Shown here: one piece after another, positions 13,661 through 28,505 of the stretch | How the letters are laid out: each line of letters starts with the position of its first letter | Position numbering within the stretch: position 1 is the first letter of the stretch | Translations under genes and position numbers: made by a program | The notes under the pieces: model-generated | The model's database searches: none | Told to the model about the DNA's origin: nothing | What the model saw: only the letters and a program-made list of their open reading frames with translations | Assembly: GCF_006345805.1 (NCBI RefSeq) | Contig: NC_043004.1 | Span: 31,186,001 to 31,250,000 of the forward strand | Direction: 5' to 3' | Length of the DNA: 64,000 bases | Source of the DNA: Octopus sinensis | Taxonomy: Eukaryota

Positions 13661-16062
13661 AATAATTAATTCCAAAAAAATGACATGTACAAATGTTTGT
13701 GATGGGAAGTGGACTTATACATGTCTTTTCTTTACATTTAGGATTTCTCTAAATAATATTTAGCTGTTTTAGTAAATTCTGATTGATCTCAGGTATTGTT
13801 ACATATTGTCATTTAGGAAATAAGACCTCAGGGACACTGCACTGGAAAAAAGGGACTTAATGTTCAGGTCTAAATAAGAAAAAGGGACACAATTCAAGAA
13901 CTGAATTTAATAGCCTGGAATAACTCACTGGTTATCCTTGTGTGTGTGTGTGTGTGTGTATTTATGTATATTTAAAAGACAAAGGTTTTAAAAGTTTCAC
14001 CCATTTAAATGAAAACAAGAGAGAAAAAAGCAAAGAATCACATGTAATTTCTGAAGGAGACAAATGAATAAATAATATTTTAGAAACAAAAGGACATGGA
14101 AATGAACCAAAACAATCTACATTCGCATCTTGAAACAAAAATATTAAGAAGTCATAAAATAATCTCATAGCACAGCATTCAGCAGAAAGAAAGATTTGAA
14201 AATATTAATTGAAAAAGTGAAAAGCACAAATGTTTTTTTGTTGATTTTTCTTTTTAAATTTAAACGATTATAAATTTTGGTATAATTATCTTTAATTATT
14301 GGAGGACAATGGTTTAAAAGGTAAACAATTGTTATATGTGAATACTGGATCCAAAACAATTAACATTTGTAAGTTGAATAAAATAGATTAAAATTTTACA
14401 CATTGGTAAGAAATCAAACTGTTACCAATTATGAAAAATTTTTCAAAAAAAAGAATAAACAGTAAAAAATTATTTTTAAAAAACAATATTGAAAGGATAA
14501 ACATGCATATTTGAAAGATAGGGAAGTCATAAAATGAGATTATGCTAAATAAAGGACTTGTTGAAAACCTACTGGTGACCATTTCCCTATTCCTTTCAGT
14601 CAGAGTTAACAAATAGGTACCAGTAATATACTAGAAAAAACTGAAGTTATTGAGAAATAAAACACTCCTAGAATAGAAATGAAAAACACATCTAACACCT
14701 GTAGTAAAAATAATAACACTAAAATAAATAGAAGAAAATGCAAAAAAATATTTTTTTAAAAATCAATGGTAGTATATCAGATATACTATCCTTGCAATTA
14801 GACTTTACTGTTTCAATATAGAAACAGAATTAAGGATATGCAAATGGCTGAGAGAGAATACAAGGTTCCTTTTGGTGATATACCATCATGCGCAGTTATT
14901 CCCATTTCTAGTTACATGCAGGTCAGGAAGGATTTCTTTTTAGGCAAAACTACTGGTGATTTGGTTCTATGGAATATTATTAGCTTTTCTAATGAGTTAA
15001 AAACATTCAAGTCTTTTTCAAGGCGTTTACAAACGAATACAAATATACACGAGTCTGACACCAAGTTACATGAATGAAAATTGTTTATAACTGAAAAATT
15101 CACCCATCCATCCTTTTATACATATATATATATATATATAGATAAGACAAACAGACAGATACATGCACACACATTTTCAATACATATATTGAATTTGTAA
15201 GCCTTCACTACTAAGAGTTTGAAATTATTTTTACAAATTTCATAATTTAAAAAATATTTCAATCTAACTAGTTTCAGTTATATAAATGGCACCACTTCAG
15301 AGAAATAAGTAAAATAATGTAGATTTGAAAGAAAAGATAATCATACCAGAAAATACATTATAAAAAAAACTTGATAATTGAGAACAGCTTTCAAGTTGTC
15401 ACACTAAAAGAAAAGAATGCCACCAACAACTGTTTTGTCCTTCATGTGGTTTCTGTTTTTCTATTGTAACTATATTACTTCCACATAGCTGCTAGCTGGA
15501 AAATAATAGCTTTCCAGACAACATACAAGATTTTCTAGATGAAGATGAAATTTCATTATTTTCACTGTCAAACCTACATCATAAGAGCAAATGGGACTGC
15601 TTCTACTTGAATACATTTGAACTGAACTAAAAACATTTTGAAAAAGAAATGTTCTTTCTAGAAAAATTTCCTCTGTGAATGGAAAGGATGCAACAGGCAC
15701 CAACTGAAGCACAAAATGAAAAATGTTCCATAACTCATAACATTAGTGAAGGCATGTAGGTTAGTGTTTAGGGTGTTGGACTCATGATCATAGGATTGTA
15801 GTTTCAATTCCTGAACCTGATGATGTGTTATGTTCTTGGGCAAAACACTTCACATTGCTCTAGTTCACTCAGCTGGCAAAAACGAGTAACCCTGTGCTGG
15901 AATAGTATCATGTTCACAGGCGGAGGGAGAATATATACACCACAAAACCTGGGAAACTGGCCTTATGACTTAGGAAGAAGCTTTATTCTTTTATCCATGA
16001 CATTAAGTGTTAAAGACATGTTCATCATGTGGAAGGACATGAGGAGTTGTCCATCTCATTAA

Positions 16063-16257
16063 ACCTTTTGTTACAATATTTGTTAAAATACACTCATCTG
16101 TTTCAATTAATTTTGAAAATATTGAAAAATTTAATAAAATAACTCGTAATTCAGAAATTAACATAGAATTTTGATAGAAAACTTTAATTGATATCTTTTT
16201 GAACCAGTTTCTATCACAGAACCAAGAGAAGTCTCAGGTGGGTTGGTATCAAAAGGG
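16063..16257. mobile_element. Second piggyBac-like MITE family (other copies 12868-13036 and ~22953-23162)
   Basis: TTAA-(A)CCTTTTGTTAC...GTATCAAAAGGG-TTAA. The internal segment is shared with the reverse-oriented copy at 12.9 kb. Confidence 0.65.
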
Positions 16258-16789
16258 TTAATTATGGACACATGAGATGATATAAATAGAAATAAGGTCA
16301 ACCAGGAATTGAAATAATCTCAATTTTGGTAATAAAGGAAGTTTAACACCGCATTTCAATGTTCAGAGCAATCAGTAATTGGGATTCTATGGGCTCTAAA
16401 TACATTTGACAGTTTATACTATAAAAAACACTCAGTACAAATTGTTAAAGTGGTTGGCATTAGGAAGGGCATCCAGCTGTAGAAATCACACCAAAGAAGA
16501 CATCGATGCAGTCATCAAGCCTGTCAGATACTGTCAAACCATCCTTACCATGCCAGCATGGAATAAGGGCATTAGATTATGATGATGATGGCACACTCTA
16601 CCAAAAAGTATTAAGTCATCATTCAATTTAATTTAAATTGTTTTTAAATATAACTTGACATAAAAACATTTACTCGAGAAGACATGTCCTCTATAGCAGA
16701 AGTGTTAAGGCCACTTCCCCCAGGACAGAGGATTGGCCTGTAAGAGTTCTGTGCTCACGCTATATAAAAAAAACTCGTGTTGGTGCCAC

Positions 16790-16980
16790 ACAAAAGCACT
16801 TGTGCCAGTGTCTTGTTAAAAGAAACCTAGCACACTGTAAAGTAGCTGGTGTTAGGAAGGGCATCCAGCTGTAAAAACCAAGCTAAATCAGACTGGAACC
16901 TGGCGCAGCTCTTCAGCTTGCCAGCTCTGGTCAATCCGTCCAACCCATGCCAGTATAGAAAACGGGCATTAAAGGATGTT
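16790..16980 (+). mobile_element. Isolated RTE 3'-tail insertion (one of many)
   Basis: TTAGGAAGGGCATCCAGC...CCATGCCAGTATAGAAAACGGGCATTAAA matches the tail of the 1750-3370 LINE. Similar copies near 545(-), 985(-), 11500(+), 16455(+), 26390(-), 32060(+), 42525(+), 46940(-) and 53170(-). Confidence 0.8.
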
Positions 16981-17019
<39 letters not shown>

Positions 17020-19395
17020 TATAGATAGATATAGGCGCACACACATCAGATGTTCATTTGAGATTTTATTGTTTATTTATGAACCAGTTATCTCATGAAC
17101 AGGTTTATTCCTTGCCATCAAGATTTACCAACTATGAACTTGTATGAAGATATTTGAGAAAAGTCTATTGAAGTAATCCATTCTGAAACAAATAAGCAAG
17201 CATTCATAGAGGGTTAGAGTCATTAGGAAAGAATTCTTTAAATACTTGGATTAGGCTATATAAATGAAAAAAACAATTACAAATGAATGAAACTGAAATA
17301 GTGAATGAAAATATGCTGGGAAACATGGAAACTAAGGTATCTACCACCAGAATTAAGGACAACAACTTTCATGTACATTTAGATTCTATTTGATAACAGA
17401 GAAAATGAGCAGATAAAAATGACCAAACATTCGATTATGTCCACAGATGAATGCTTCAAAATATACAATGAATTTAAAGATAACGATCACTAAATTATGC
17501 CAGAAAGTACAATTTTTTAAATAGGAACGTTTTGGTAAGTTTAAATCTCCAGATCAATCAAAATATTGTTTAATCAAATTTAATTCAAGATGTGCATTAA
17601 TCATATGATTGTCAAACATACACTAATAAAACATTTTCTTGGGGCTTCTCCCCAGCATCTAATTCCGTTCTTAAACAAAATCTCGTAATCAGCACAGCTT
17701 GATTAAAAAAGAATTCATTTAAATATTCATATTAAAATCGCACCTAATTTGTACAATCTTAATCAATTGAACAGTCAACTGGACAAAGATCAATACATCA
17801 AATATATACTGAAGTATCTACAGAATCTAATGGGGGAGGAATAAAAAAATAAAACATTCAGAAAAAAAAGTTTAAAAATACCCATTAAAAATAAATTTAT
17901 CAAATGCAAAAATTATATTCAATTAAAGTGCATATAAAATGAAGTTTCAGCTTTCCATAAATAACAAAAAACTATATTTTATCAAAGATCAGTGAATTTT
18001 TTTTTGTTTTGGGTTTTGTTGTTTTTGTTTTTTTTATTTTATATTTTTTTTTAATGTTTCAATTTGGAATTCTTTTCAAAATGTATTTCCAGTTCAACAA
18101 TAATCTTCATAAAGTTGCTTAGAATTTATTTTTTAATTTCATAGATAAAAGGCAAAAACTAAGTAAGAGAATTATTTACCTTTGAAAGAAGCTTATTTGT
18201 AGAGTGTTTAATATTTTTGCTTAACAAACTGAAAACGTAATGATTTTCATGGAAACTTAGTATCTTTTTTTTATATATATATTTCTTAGTTGCAATCAAA
18301 TTATTAAATTTATTTACAGCATACTAATTTCCCTTGTTCCTTCATTCCATCTGTTTAAATATTACATGTAAGAAGCAAATCAAAAAGAAAAGTTAAAAGA
18401 TAGGAAAAGTATTAAAAAACTCTAGATGAGAACCATTTAAATGTTGTCTAAGTTATTTCAGACCTGCCCCACCACAACCACCACCACCAATGTCTTCCAT
18501 ATAAAAGTCAATAACTGACATTTACTGCTGAGAAGTAAAATGGAAGATATAGATTTATAACTTGTATGTCATTAATCTATTCTCTCTTCAAAGACTGAAA
18601 GCAGCATTCAAAACATCAGTGCTTTTAAAACCAATGATAATAATAATCTTCTACAAGTGTGTGTGTATGTGTAAATTTAGCCTCAAAGAAACTTGATAAT
18701 ATTTCAACATATTTAACGTATGGCATTTTATAGTCTTCAATTTTAAAAAGATAATCTTTTCCATTTGTTCTTGATTTGCAAAATTAAAAGGAATATGTAT
18801 GAATGAAATATTGATTTCATTCTTAGATACATGCCATATATTAAGTCAGTGCAGTTCTTGCCTTTCTCAAAGGCAACAAGTGAAATGGATAGGAGCAAGA
18901 GATAAAAAAATTAACTCCTGGTGCTTTCCTCACAACTCTAAAAGATGTTAATATACTAAACTAACTTGGTTAGAAAATTTTGATTCTTGAATTTATGTTA
19001 ATTGTTATAAGAGGAACATGAACTTCATTTGTAAATGCACAGAAATGAGATAGGTTTGTTTAAATAATAAAATTATCAACAAAAAATAGTTAATAAAAAT
19101 AAGAATAAAGCCTTTAAAAATACAGCAGAAATTATGACAACATTCGACAAAAAATAACAAAAATAGGCACGAACCCAGAAACAAATAGGTTTTTTTTTTT
19201 ACTTTATGAATTAACTACATTTTGATAAAAATAGATATAACTAATATGAGTGGATTGAATTAGTGCAACTATTATAGATGGTTATTAAATACCATCATCA
19301 TTATGATAAACATGCTAGTTCACAGCAACAGGGTCACCACATTCTGAGCGCTACACAGCACATCACACGAAAAGTGAGCAGCAGGTGAGGCCTAC

Positions 19396-19425
19396 CTGGC
19401 ACTTTGGCCAAAAAGCAGCGATAAC
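19396..19425 (-). CDS. Candidate 30-nt symmetric (phase 2-2) microexon of the TSC22 gene, encoding (R)LSLLFGQSA(S/R)
   Basis: ttatttgtAG|GTTATCGCTGCTTTTTGGCCAAAGTGCCAG|GTAGGC. Length is divisible by 3 and it is open in the phase-2 frame. It sits in a GC-richer island in otherwise very AT-rich DNA. Confidence 0.5.
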
Positions 19426-22400
19426 CTACAAATAAGTCAAATAGGGGATATAGGAAGCTGACAATATCGATGTGATTGTGATTTTGAAAAATTTAAAGAA
19501 AAGTACAAAACTAGAACTAATTGCTCATGACACTAAAACATAATTTCTTTAAAATTCCATTTTTTACAGCAAGCGATTTTTTTATATTTGTGATTGTAAA
19601 AATTGCAACGACCCAATCAAGTGGAGAAAATAATTAAAAATTTACTGAAATTCATTTCAATTATGTAAGCAAATTAAATATTTTTGAAAAATACAGCAAT
19701 CCTCATTATTTATTTTTAAAAAATGCAATAAACTATCTAGATGAAAAAGATAACTTACAGCATGCCTGAATGAAATAACTTGAGAGGATAAATTAACTAT
19801 AATAGTAGATATATTTCAATATTCACCTGATTTAACATTAAAAACAAAAAAAAAAAAGCTTTCAATAAGGAAAAACAGGGGTGTTTTTCTTTCATGCATG
19901 AGTACCACACTTTTTTTTTTTGCAAAACATTTACATTAAAATTCTATTAAAAAATTACTGATTTTACAACATAAAAAGTTAAATATTGTCAAAAGCAACT
20001 AGCATGAGATCTAAAGTAAATAGGCTTCTTTTTTTTTTTTCCTTTACAAATACATGCACACCGTAGAATTCCTAAAGAATTTATATAAAATAAATTCATT
20101 AAATAAAGATCATTTATTCTAAAATTAAAAGTTTCATGGGAACCAAATAATTTTTTTTATATCTCTTTCCAATTTTACCATTTAGTTCATATCTATGCTG
20201 GTATAAATGAACAAGCAATTTCAGAGATTTCATTGAAGTGGTTTTAAAACTTAAAACATTTCCCATATTAGTGTCTATTCACCATATGAAAACAAATGCC
20301 TTATTTTAAAGGCAAAACAACATAGCCATTGCAAAATTCAAAACAAGATTACCTTACTAAATTAACTTCTGCACAAGTAAAATTAAATGCCAAGCTGAAA
20401 CTTTATTATTTCTCTTGAAGTAGACATTTAAGTAAATTAGTAACAATTTTATGTAACATGCTGCCTGATTCATAATCTTGCCATAACTTCTAATGAAGTG
20501 ATTGAATTTTTAACCCTACATCCAATTGAAAGTGTAAATGAGATGTTAATTTTCAATTGCACCACCACCACTACCAGTTTCCTTACAATAACCAAAATCC
20601 AGCAATAGCCATTGAAAGTACTGAGACTGTTAGCTAAAGAAAATATTTAACTGAACAGAAGAGAATCAGTAGAGCATCAAGCACAATGTCAGGCAGTTTT
20701 GTTGAAGCCATTTATATTCTGAATTCCAATCCCTTCAAGGTTAACTTGATTAGCCATAAACTAGTAGATCTAGTTACAAATGCATTCCAGCCTAGATCAT
20801 GCCAACTTCTTGTAGAACTAAAACTACACTGTTTAACGTGACCATGCTATTTTAGGATGCTAGGATGAATTTGGTCACTATCTCTAGCAAGTTACAGCAT
20901 AGAATCCTACCGCCACCACCACTTCCCATTGGAACATGACAACCATTATAAGTAGATATGTGTCAATATGTACATGTACAGTGTAGAGGGATAACAAATA
21001 TTTAGGATATAAACATAGATTTTGGCTCAAAAAGCAAATGAATATTACATACAGAAGTAATAATGCTTGTTTTTAGTCAGTTTGGTGTCACAACAAGAGA
21101 GAGAAAGCGGGATAGCAATTTTAGAATAATATCATACAAAGGAATTATTAATATGCATAAACATGAGGACATAGAGTTGTATTAACTAAGACCTTTACTA
21201 TGAATACCTTGCACATCTTGATTCAAGAGATTTCAATAGAAGAATGCTTACATTTCCTGGTGCTAAATGTCAAATAAGTAGCTATTTCACAGATAAACAA
21301 ACAATGAAATATGACTAAGACAAAAGAAACTACAATGCTTATTTGGCTGAGACCAGTATTACAGGCACTGAACTGAAAAAACTGTCAAGTATATTTTACC
21401 AAGACACAACATTAAATTTTGCTAAAAAAAGTAACATTTAAAATTTATATACTTGAACAACTGATGAAATATTGCAAAAGTTTATTGATGATATACACAA
21501 TATAGGAAGGTGGATATGTAATGAAACACTATGCTCTGGGGAGAAGAAAACCAATTGCACCTAAAGTAATAGAATTAACACTAACTTAAAATGACATAAA
21601 AGAGATAAGGCATATATTATAGAAAGCTAGATAGAGGCAAAGGAATCTTTCAAGAGAAAGTGGTAGGAAAGTAAGAATAAAACAGATAATACATGACTGC
21701 AATACAAAGATTAAAGTTAGTTGAGCATGTGTTCTTTACAAGAGGTTAACTTCTATTTAATCTTTGATCAATTCTGAAAAATGAGCAAGATTTATAGAGT
21801 AAATGAACAATTAAAATGTTCAAGTAGAAAATGTTGCAGCAGACACAGTAATGTTCTCTTCTTGAAAAAAAAGAATTTTCTGAAAATAAATGATGAAATC
21901 TTTAACTCTGAACAGTTAATGAAGAATAAAATGAAACATTAAGTTGTGACTTGATCCTAAAAAAATTAGCAATGTAACTTGAATTTTTATAAAACATATT
22001 TCAAGGCTAATTTAGTGGAGACTTGTCTTTTCATTATCATTGTTAGATTAATTTGCAGTTTGCAGCATTTAGATGCCCATTTTACATGTTTAGCTTCAAA
22101 GACAAAGATAACAGTGATGTGATATATGTGAAAGGAGGTGGGAGAGATGGATAAATTTACAATTATCCATTTTGATTAAATAACAATGATATTAACTACA
22201 AATAGAATAAGTAAAGGGAAGTGGGTATTTTAAAGCAGAAACCACAGCTACTGGAAAATGCAATCAGTCACAGATATTTTAAAGGCTGTCACAGTATTAA
22301 AAGTTCAAAGCAGCAGAGAGATAAGCAATGGTACAGAAAGCATGTTCATACCAACACCAACACAAAAGACAAAACAAACAAAAAAAAATGAAATATTAGA

Positions 22401-22490
22401 AACACATTATAATACAACTTGAGTTATTTATTGCAACATGTCCTTGACACTGTTAGTAGTGAGCTCCGTCACACAAAAAAACAAGATAGC

Positions 22491-22553
<63 letters not shown>

Positions 22554-23209
22554 GATATGCAGAGAGACTAGCTATCATCCATGTGTGCATATATAAGATA
22601 TATGAGAGAGAGAGAGAGAGGGGGGGAGACATGGCTACGTGGTTATTAAGTGTTTCTCACTTCCATGTGGTTTCAAGTTCCATCTCATTGCAATGCTCTC
22701 CTATGTCTTCTATGATAGTCACAAGCAGACAAAACGTCCTTCCTCATTTGTTTCTAAGTAAAGAAATATTTCTCCATAGCTGGATACATTTTCACAGAAG
22801 ATTGGAAACAAAGGACAGTTTGTATGACAAGATTGGTCAGCTTGAGGCGCTAGGAGATACAAACCCAAGGTGCCATGTATTGGGACTGAACCTGAAACTA
22901 TGTGGTTGGGAAGCAAGCTTCTTAACCACATAGCCATGTCTGTGCACACAGATAACCTTTTTGTTACCAACCTGCCCAAGACCATCCTGAGTTCTATGGC
23001 ACAAATTTCATAATCTGAAGTCATATAGCTCAAAACCTTTGATCAAAATTTCAATTTATGCTCCAAATATCAGCTTCATTTTGACATTATTTTACTGAAT
23101 TCATTATTTTGAAAATTAATATTGGCAGTGTTTTTCAACAGAAATATGGTAACAAAAACTTTAAAGAGGAAATATCTGGATTATGTTCATTAATGTATGA
23201 TGCAATTTA

Positions 23210-24441
23210 CAGGGGTTGGACAAAATAATGGAAACACCGAGCATCATAATTTTGATATATCTATAAAACCGTCAAAAGCTTGTTTATTTTTATGTTTTTT
23301 GATTTATTATTAGTGTTGCTTAATATGTTTTGCTAAAATTGCTGTTTCTTTTCAGACATCATCAGAAAAAGATAATTAAAATTCATTATAATGACAGATC
23401 TATCAGACTTTCAAAGAGGTCAAATTGTTGGTGCTCGTATGGCAGATGCTAGTGTAACAGAAACAGCTGAAACGTTTAGTGTATCAAGAAGTACTGTCTC
23501 GAAAGTAATGATAGCCTTTGAGAAAGTGGGAAAAGCCTCTTCATTGAAACAAAACTCCAGAAGAAAACCAAAACTTTCAGATACTCTTACACGAATTGTT
23601 AGAAAGGATCACAAAAGTACAGCTCCCAAAATTACTGCAGAGCTTAATGACCACCTCGAGAACCCAGTTTCCACAAAATCTGTTCGCCAAGTGCTGCACA
23701 AAACCAGATTACACAAAAGGGCTGCAATCAGAAAACTACTACTTTCAAAAGCAAAAATTGCAAAGCGTTTAGAGTGGAGTAAAAACCTACTGAGTTGGTC
23801 TCTAGAGCAGTGGAAGAATGTTATTTTCTCGAACAAGTCATCCATTACCTTATTTCTGGCCACCAGCTGAGTATATGTATGGAGACTGCTAAAAGAAACA
23901 TTTGACCCAGACTGCCTTCTTCCAACTGTTAAACATGGAGGAGGATCTGTGATGATCTGAGGGACTATATCTTGGAAATCTGCCAGCCCAGTGGTTTCCA
24001 TTTATGCCAGAATTAATAGTCAAGACTAAGCATTTTATCTGATCGAATTCATCCTATGGCTGTGGAACTGTTTCCGGAGGAAATGCAATCTTTCAGGATG
24101 ATAATGCACCAATTCACACAGCTAATGTTGTTACTGAATGGCATGAGGAACATTCTAGTGAAGTTGAACATCTTATCTGGCCACCACAGTCCCCAGATTT
24201 CAATATTATTGAACATTTATGGTGCATTTTAGAAAAACAAGTAAGGAGTCGATATCCTCCACCATCATCACTACAAGAACTGGAGACTATTTTAGCTGAA
24301 GAATGGGCAAAAATCCCTTTGGAAACAATTCAAACTTTGTATGAGTCCATACCTCATAGAATTCAAGCCAAAAGCAGTCCTACCCCATATTAAAATTAAT
24401 TTGAAATTTTAAGGGGTTTCCATTATTTTGTCCAACCTGTG
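23210..24441 (+). mobile_element. Full-length decayed Tc1 (DD34E) DNA transposon
   Basis: TIRs CAGGGGTTGGACAAAATAATGGAAAC, with TA on both sides (23208-09 and 24442-43). Transposase remnant 23391-~24390 with HTH, KHGGGSVM, QDDNAPIH and WPPQSPDFNIIEHLW. Stops and frameshifts are present. Confidence 0.95.
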
Positions 24442-27288
24442 TATATGCACAATATTTGAAATTTAATGGGCAAGCACACGTGTGTTTTGCAAGTATGTAT
24501 ATTTAGTACTAAGTCATGTCATACTAGTACATTTAGTATTTGCATATTGTAATGCATGTATCTTAAACCGTATCAACTTTATATAAAGGACTTGCCTTAA
24601 TGAGATGTTTATTGTATTATGTATGGAATGCATGCTAAATTGATTACTGACAAAATATACTACCTTTTAGTGAATGAACTTTGATCCAAACCTAACTTGG
24701 CAATATATGGTGAATTATTACAAGTCTAAATCAAATATATATGACATCTATGTTATACTGATCCATTTGTCAAATACCAGCTTCATAGTTTTTGACAGTA
24801 CAGATATACATCAGTACATTTTTCCATGCCAACATGGGTTGCAAAGGAGCTTATTTCAGCCTGCATTTTGCGACCAGGTGCCCTTCCTAATGCCAACCAG
24901 TACTTGCTTTTTAAAGTAAGGGATTATTTTTATTCCAGAGTTAGAAGACAATGTTTCTGACAATATAAAGTCACCAATTTACAGCACAATGTTTTCAAAT
25001 GAAGTGCAGAATGCAACCATTCATGTACATATGGACCCAGACACACATATATATATATAAGTTTCTGTGTATCAATTTTGCTCACAAAGCATTGCTCAAC
25101 CTAGACCATGGTAGAAGACACTTAACCAGTGGAACTGAACCCAAAACCATATACTAGCAAAGCATGAACTTCCTAACCATTCAGCCATGCCTATGCTTGT
25201 CAGCCATGTGTGTATGAGTGCATGCACACAAAACTGAAAGAAACCCTTATTCCCCCCCATGTGTTCTTCATCCCTCTGGAACTCACTCCACACCAGTGTT
25301 ATTTCCTCTAACCCTCAATAATTTACAATGAACATTAACCATCATTATCTCACACCTTATAATCTCAATACTAGGTACCTGAAGGACTATAGCCACTACC
25401 TTTACTCCTCAGGCTAGGTAATCAAAAAATACACACTGACACAGATACAATAATGTCCTCTATCTATGGAAACAAATGAAAGCCAACCAAATTTCTTTGG
25501 AGATGAGTTATTGTTATAATCATGCATAATTTATGATTTTACAACAACCTTCTGTTCACTGTCATTTGTCCTTTGTTGAAACAGCTTATATACTTACTAT
25601 CCACTTTGTGCGTGATGACAATTTCTACCTTGGCATTCTTACTGAGTTAGAATGTCAATATATCATCAAAGAAAATAATAATACTTGCATAATATACTAT
25701 TTAAACCAAACAAGATACATTAAGAGTTAAGATACAGCACTTAAAAGCAAAAATAAGAAAAGAAAGTGTGTGTGTGTATATTAAAGAGTAGAGGAATGTT
25801 ATAGAAAGGGAAGTCACAATCTCATGAGTAGAAGGATTGGTGGTAAAATGATGGCTATTTATGATATTTTAGAACTGAAAGGTCATTGGTTCAACTGTGT
25901 TACATGCATTTTGTTTCTCTTAACAGGAAATTCTGAATCTCTTTCCAACTGAATTACCTACAAATCTTTGGAGAATGTTACGACATGCTAGGAGAATTCA
26001 ATCCACAATGAAAGTCAGTTCAATTTAACTGAATCTTTTTCTAAACACTAATATTAGTAACTTCTTTAAGGCAGCATGCTGGCAGAGTTGTTAGTGCACC
26101 AAGTAAAATGCTTAGCAGCAATTAATCTGCTTTTACATTCTAAGCTCAAATGCAGCCAGGGTTGATTTCATATTTCATCCAGTTGGGGTCAATAAAATAT
26201 ATACCAGTTGAATTCTGGGATCAATGTAATCAACTTATCCCCTCCCCTAAAAGTGCTGGCATTGTCCCAAAATCTAAAATCAATATTATTAACTACTTTG
26301 GATTGCCAGAGGAACAGAGTAACAGTTAAAATTATATTTAAAATCAAAAGGATTCCTCATTCATTATCATCACCATTAAACACTTATTTTCTATGCTGGC
26401 ATGAGTTGGAGGGTTTGACAGGAGCTGCTAGGTGGCAAGGCTGAGACGAACTCCAGTGTCAGCTTTGACAAGGTTTCTACAGCTGGATGTCCTTCCTAAT
26501 ACCAATTATTTTACAGTATGTACTTTTGAGTGCTTCTTTTTCATGCCACAGGCATATGTGAAGTTGCCAAGTTACTTGCAAGAACAGAGACAAAACAAAA
26601 TTATCCTGAAAATATTTCAGAATAAGGTGGCTATTGAATAGAACCTCTATCTTGAAACAAACACTTCCTTCACACTTCTCTCTTCCATCGTTTATATATT
26701 AAGCTACATTGAGATGAAAATATATTTGATCATGTAATTATGGGAAAATGTCCATTCCCTGACCCATTCTGCTTCTCTTTATTATATACATACATACATA
26801 CACACACCTATGTTATACACTAGTAATGCACTATGCCCTTTACAACTAGCTAGCTGCAGCCCCATCTCAGCCTAAACCAACACAGTTACCAATGTTCTGT
26901 GTTTCTATCCCAACACACACCAAACATTACATGCACTCTTTCTCTGTAAGGAACTCTTTCTTCAGACAATTCATTTCCTTTCTATATTGGTAAAGTTCCA
27001 TATTTACCAAAAACCTCTCATCCACCACCTCTAGTAGTCCATGAAAAATGATTTCCCCTCTCAGAAACCATAAGAAGACAAACACTGTAGGTGCAAGCAT
27101 GGTTGCATGCTTAAAAGCTTAGTTCCCACCTATGTAGTCTTCGATTCAGTTCTACTGTATAGCACCTTGGTGTCTTAACTATAGCTCCAGACCAACCAAG
27201 GCCTTGTGAATGGATTTGGTAGATGGAAAGCGAAAGAAGTTCATCATATATAAGTTTGTGTATATGAGTGCCTTTGTTTTAACATCAT

Positions 27289-27630
27289 GGTGATCCCCTT
27301 CGGTCAGACACTGACCATGGGTTTGCACCTAGAGAGTTACCCTCTGAGGCACAAGTCTGGGCAAGGTTGTTTTTTTGTGGAAGACCAGCAGTCGCCCATG
27401 CATACCCGCCTCCCCTCTCCACGTCACCGATGTTGTCCAAGAGAAAGGCAATGGCCGATACAGCTTGGCACCTGTGACGTCGCAACCCATTTCTACAGCT
27501 GAGTGAACTGGAGCAACGTGAAATAAAGTGTCTTGCTCAAGAACACAACACGCAGCCCGGTCCGGGATTCGAGCTCACAACCTCACAATCGTAAGCTCGA
27601 CGCTCTAACCACTGAGCCACGCGCCTTCTC
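27289..27630 (-). mobile_element. tRNA-derived SINE family C, young copy nested in a family A copy
   Basis: Head GGCGCGTGGCTCAGTGGTTAGAGCG...TCGAATCCC with intact A and B boxes. 9-bp target duplication TAACATCAT (27280-88 and 27631-39). Older copies at 43503-43815(-) and 15755-15990(+). Confidence 0.88.
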
Positions 27631-28505
27631 TAACATCATATAACAGTTATAAACAAGCATCACCATCATACAAGCAATGTTATTCATGTCCAGTCTTCCA
27701 TGAAGAATATGTTTGGCCATGGAGAAATATTAACTTGTTTGGAAACAAGTGAGGGTTGGCAACAGGAAGGGCATCTGGTTGTAGAAAATCCGCCTCAACA
27801 AATTCCATCTGACACATGCAAACATGGAAAAGTAAATACAAAACAATGATTGTCTGCTTCTAAATAAATAATGGAATTTTGATCAAGAAAACCTATTTTA
27901 TTGCTTTAAAAGTTCCAGTTAACTGATATTTTTTTTTTTTTTAATTTTATCTAGTTTCAGCTCACGAGCTGTGGCCATGCTGGGGTACCGCCATATTGTT
28001 TCTATAGAGTAAATATAATCTTGTTGTCCGTCACAATATGTCAATGCTTGATGTCTACGTTATTCAAAAGTAATTTCGTCGTGGAATTCTATTTTAAATA
28101 GCTTACTAGTTATAAAAGGATAATCTATTACAATTTGGTCAACAAAATATAAACGAAAAAACAGTATTTTCAAGCATCGTTTTGGGTATTTGAACCCACA
28201 GTTTTAGGGTTAGTAGGTTTTTAACTAAACTTGTGTTTTTTTGTTTGCTTGTTTCTCTTCGTTTTTTTTTTTTTATCCAGAATAAACAAATTCGTCATTT
28301 ATTTGAGCAAAACAAAAAATTACTCTTAACCTAGTTAAGAAGCACAAACGCTATTGTTTAAGCTTAGCATTTTACAGCATAATCTAACTAAATTGTTATA
28401 GAGTTAACATATTTTAGAACAAATATCTCAGTGAAGGCAATTAAAATAGGCCCCCTATGACTAAAAAGCATTATTGTTCAGAAAACACTATCAAATTAAT
28501 CTTAC

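Noticed and set aside
15480-15630. Plus-strand acceptor followed by a protein-like frame (LENNSFPDNIQDFLDEDE...)
   Set aside because: No partner exons or homology recognised, and the length is compatible with chance.
27560-27630. tRNA-like sequence
   Set aside because: It is a SINE head continuing into SINE body sequence, with no complete cloverleaf.
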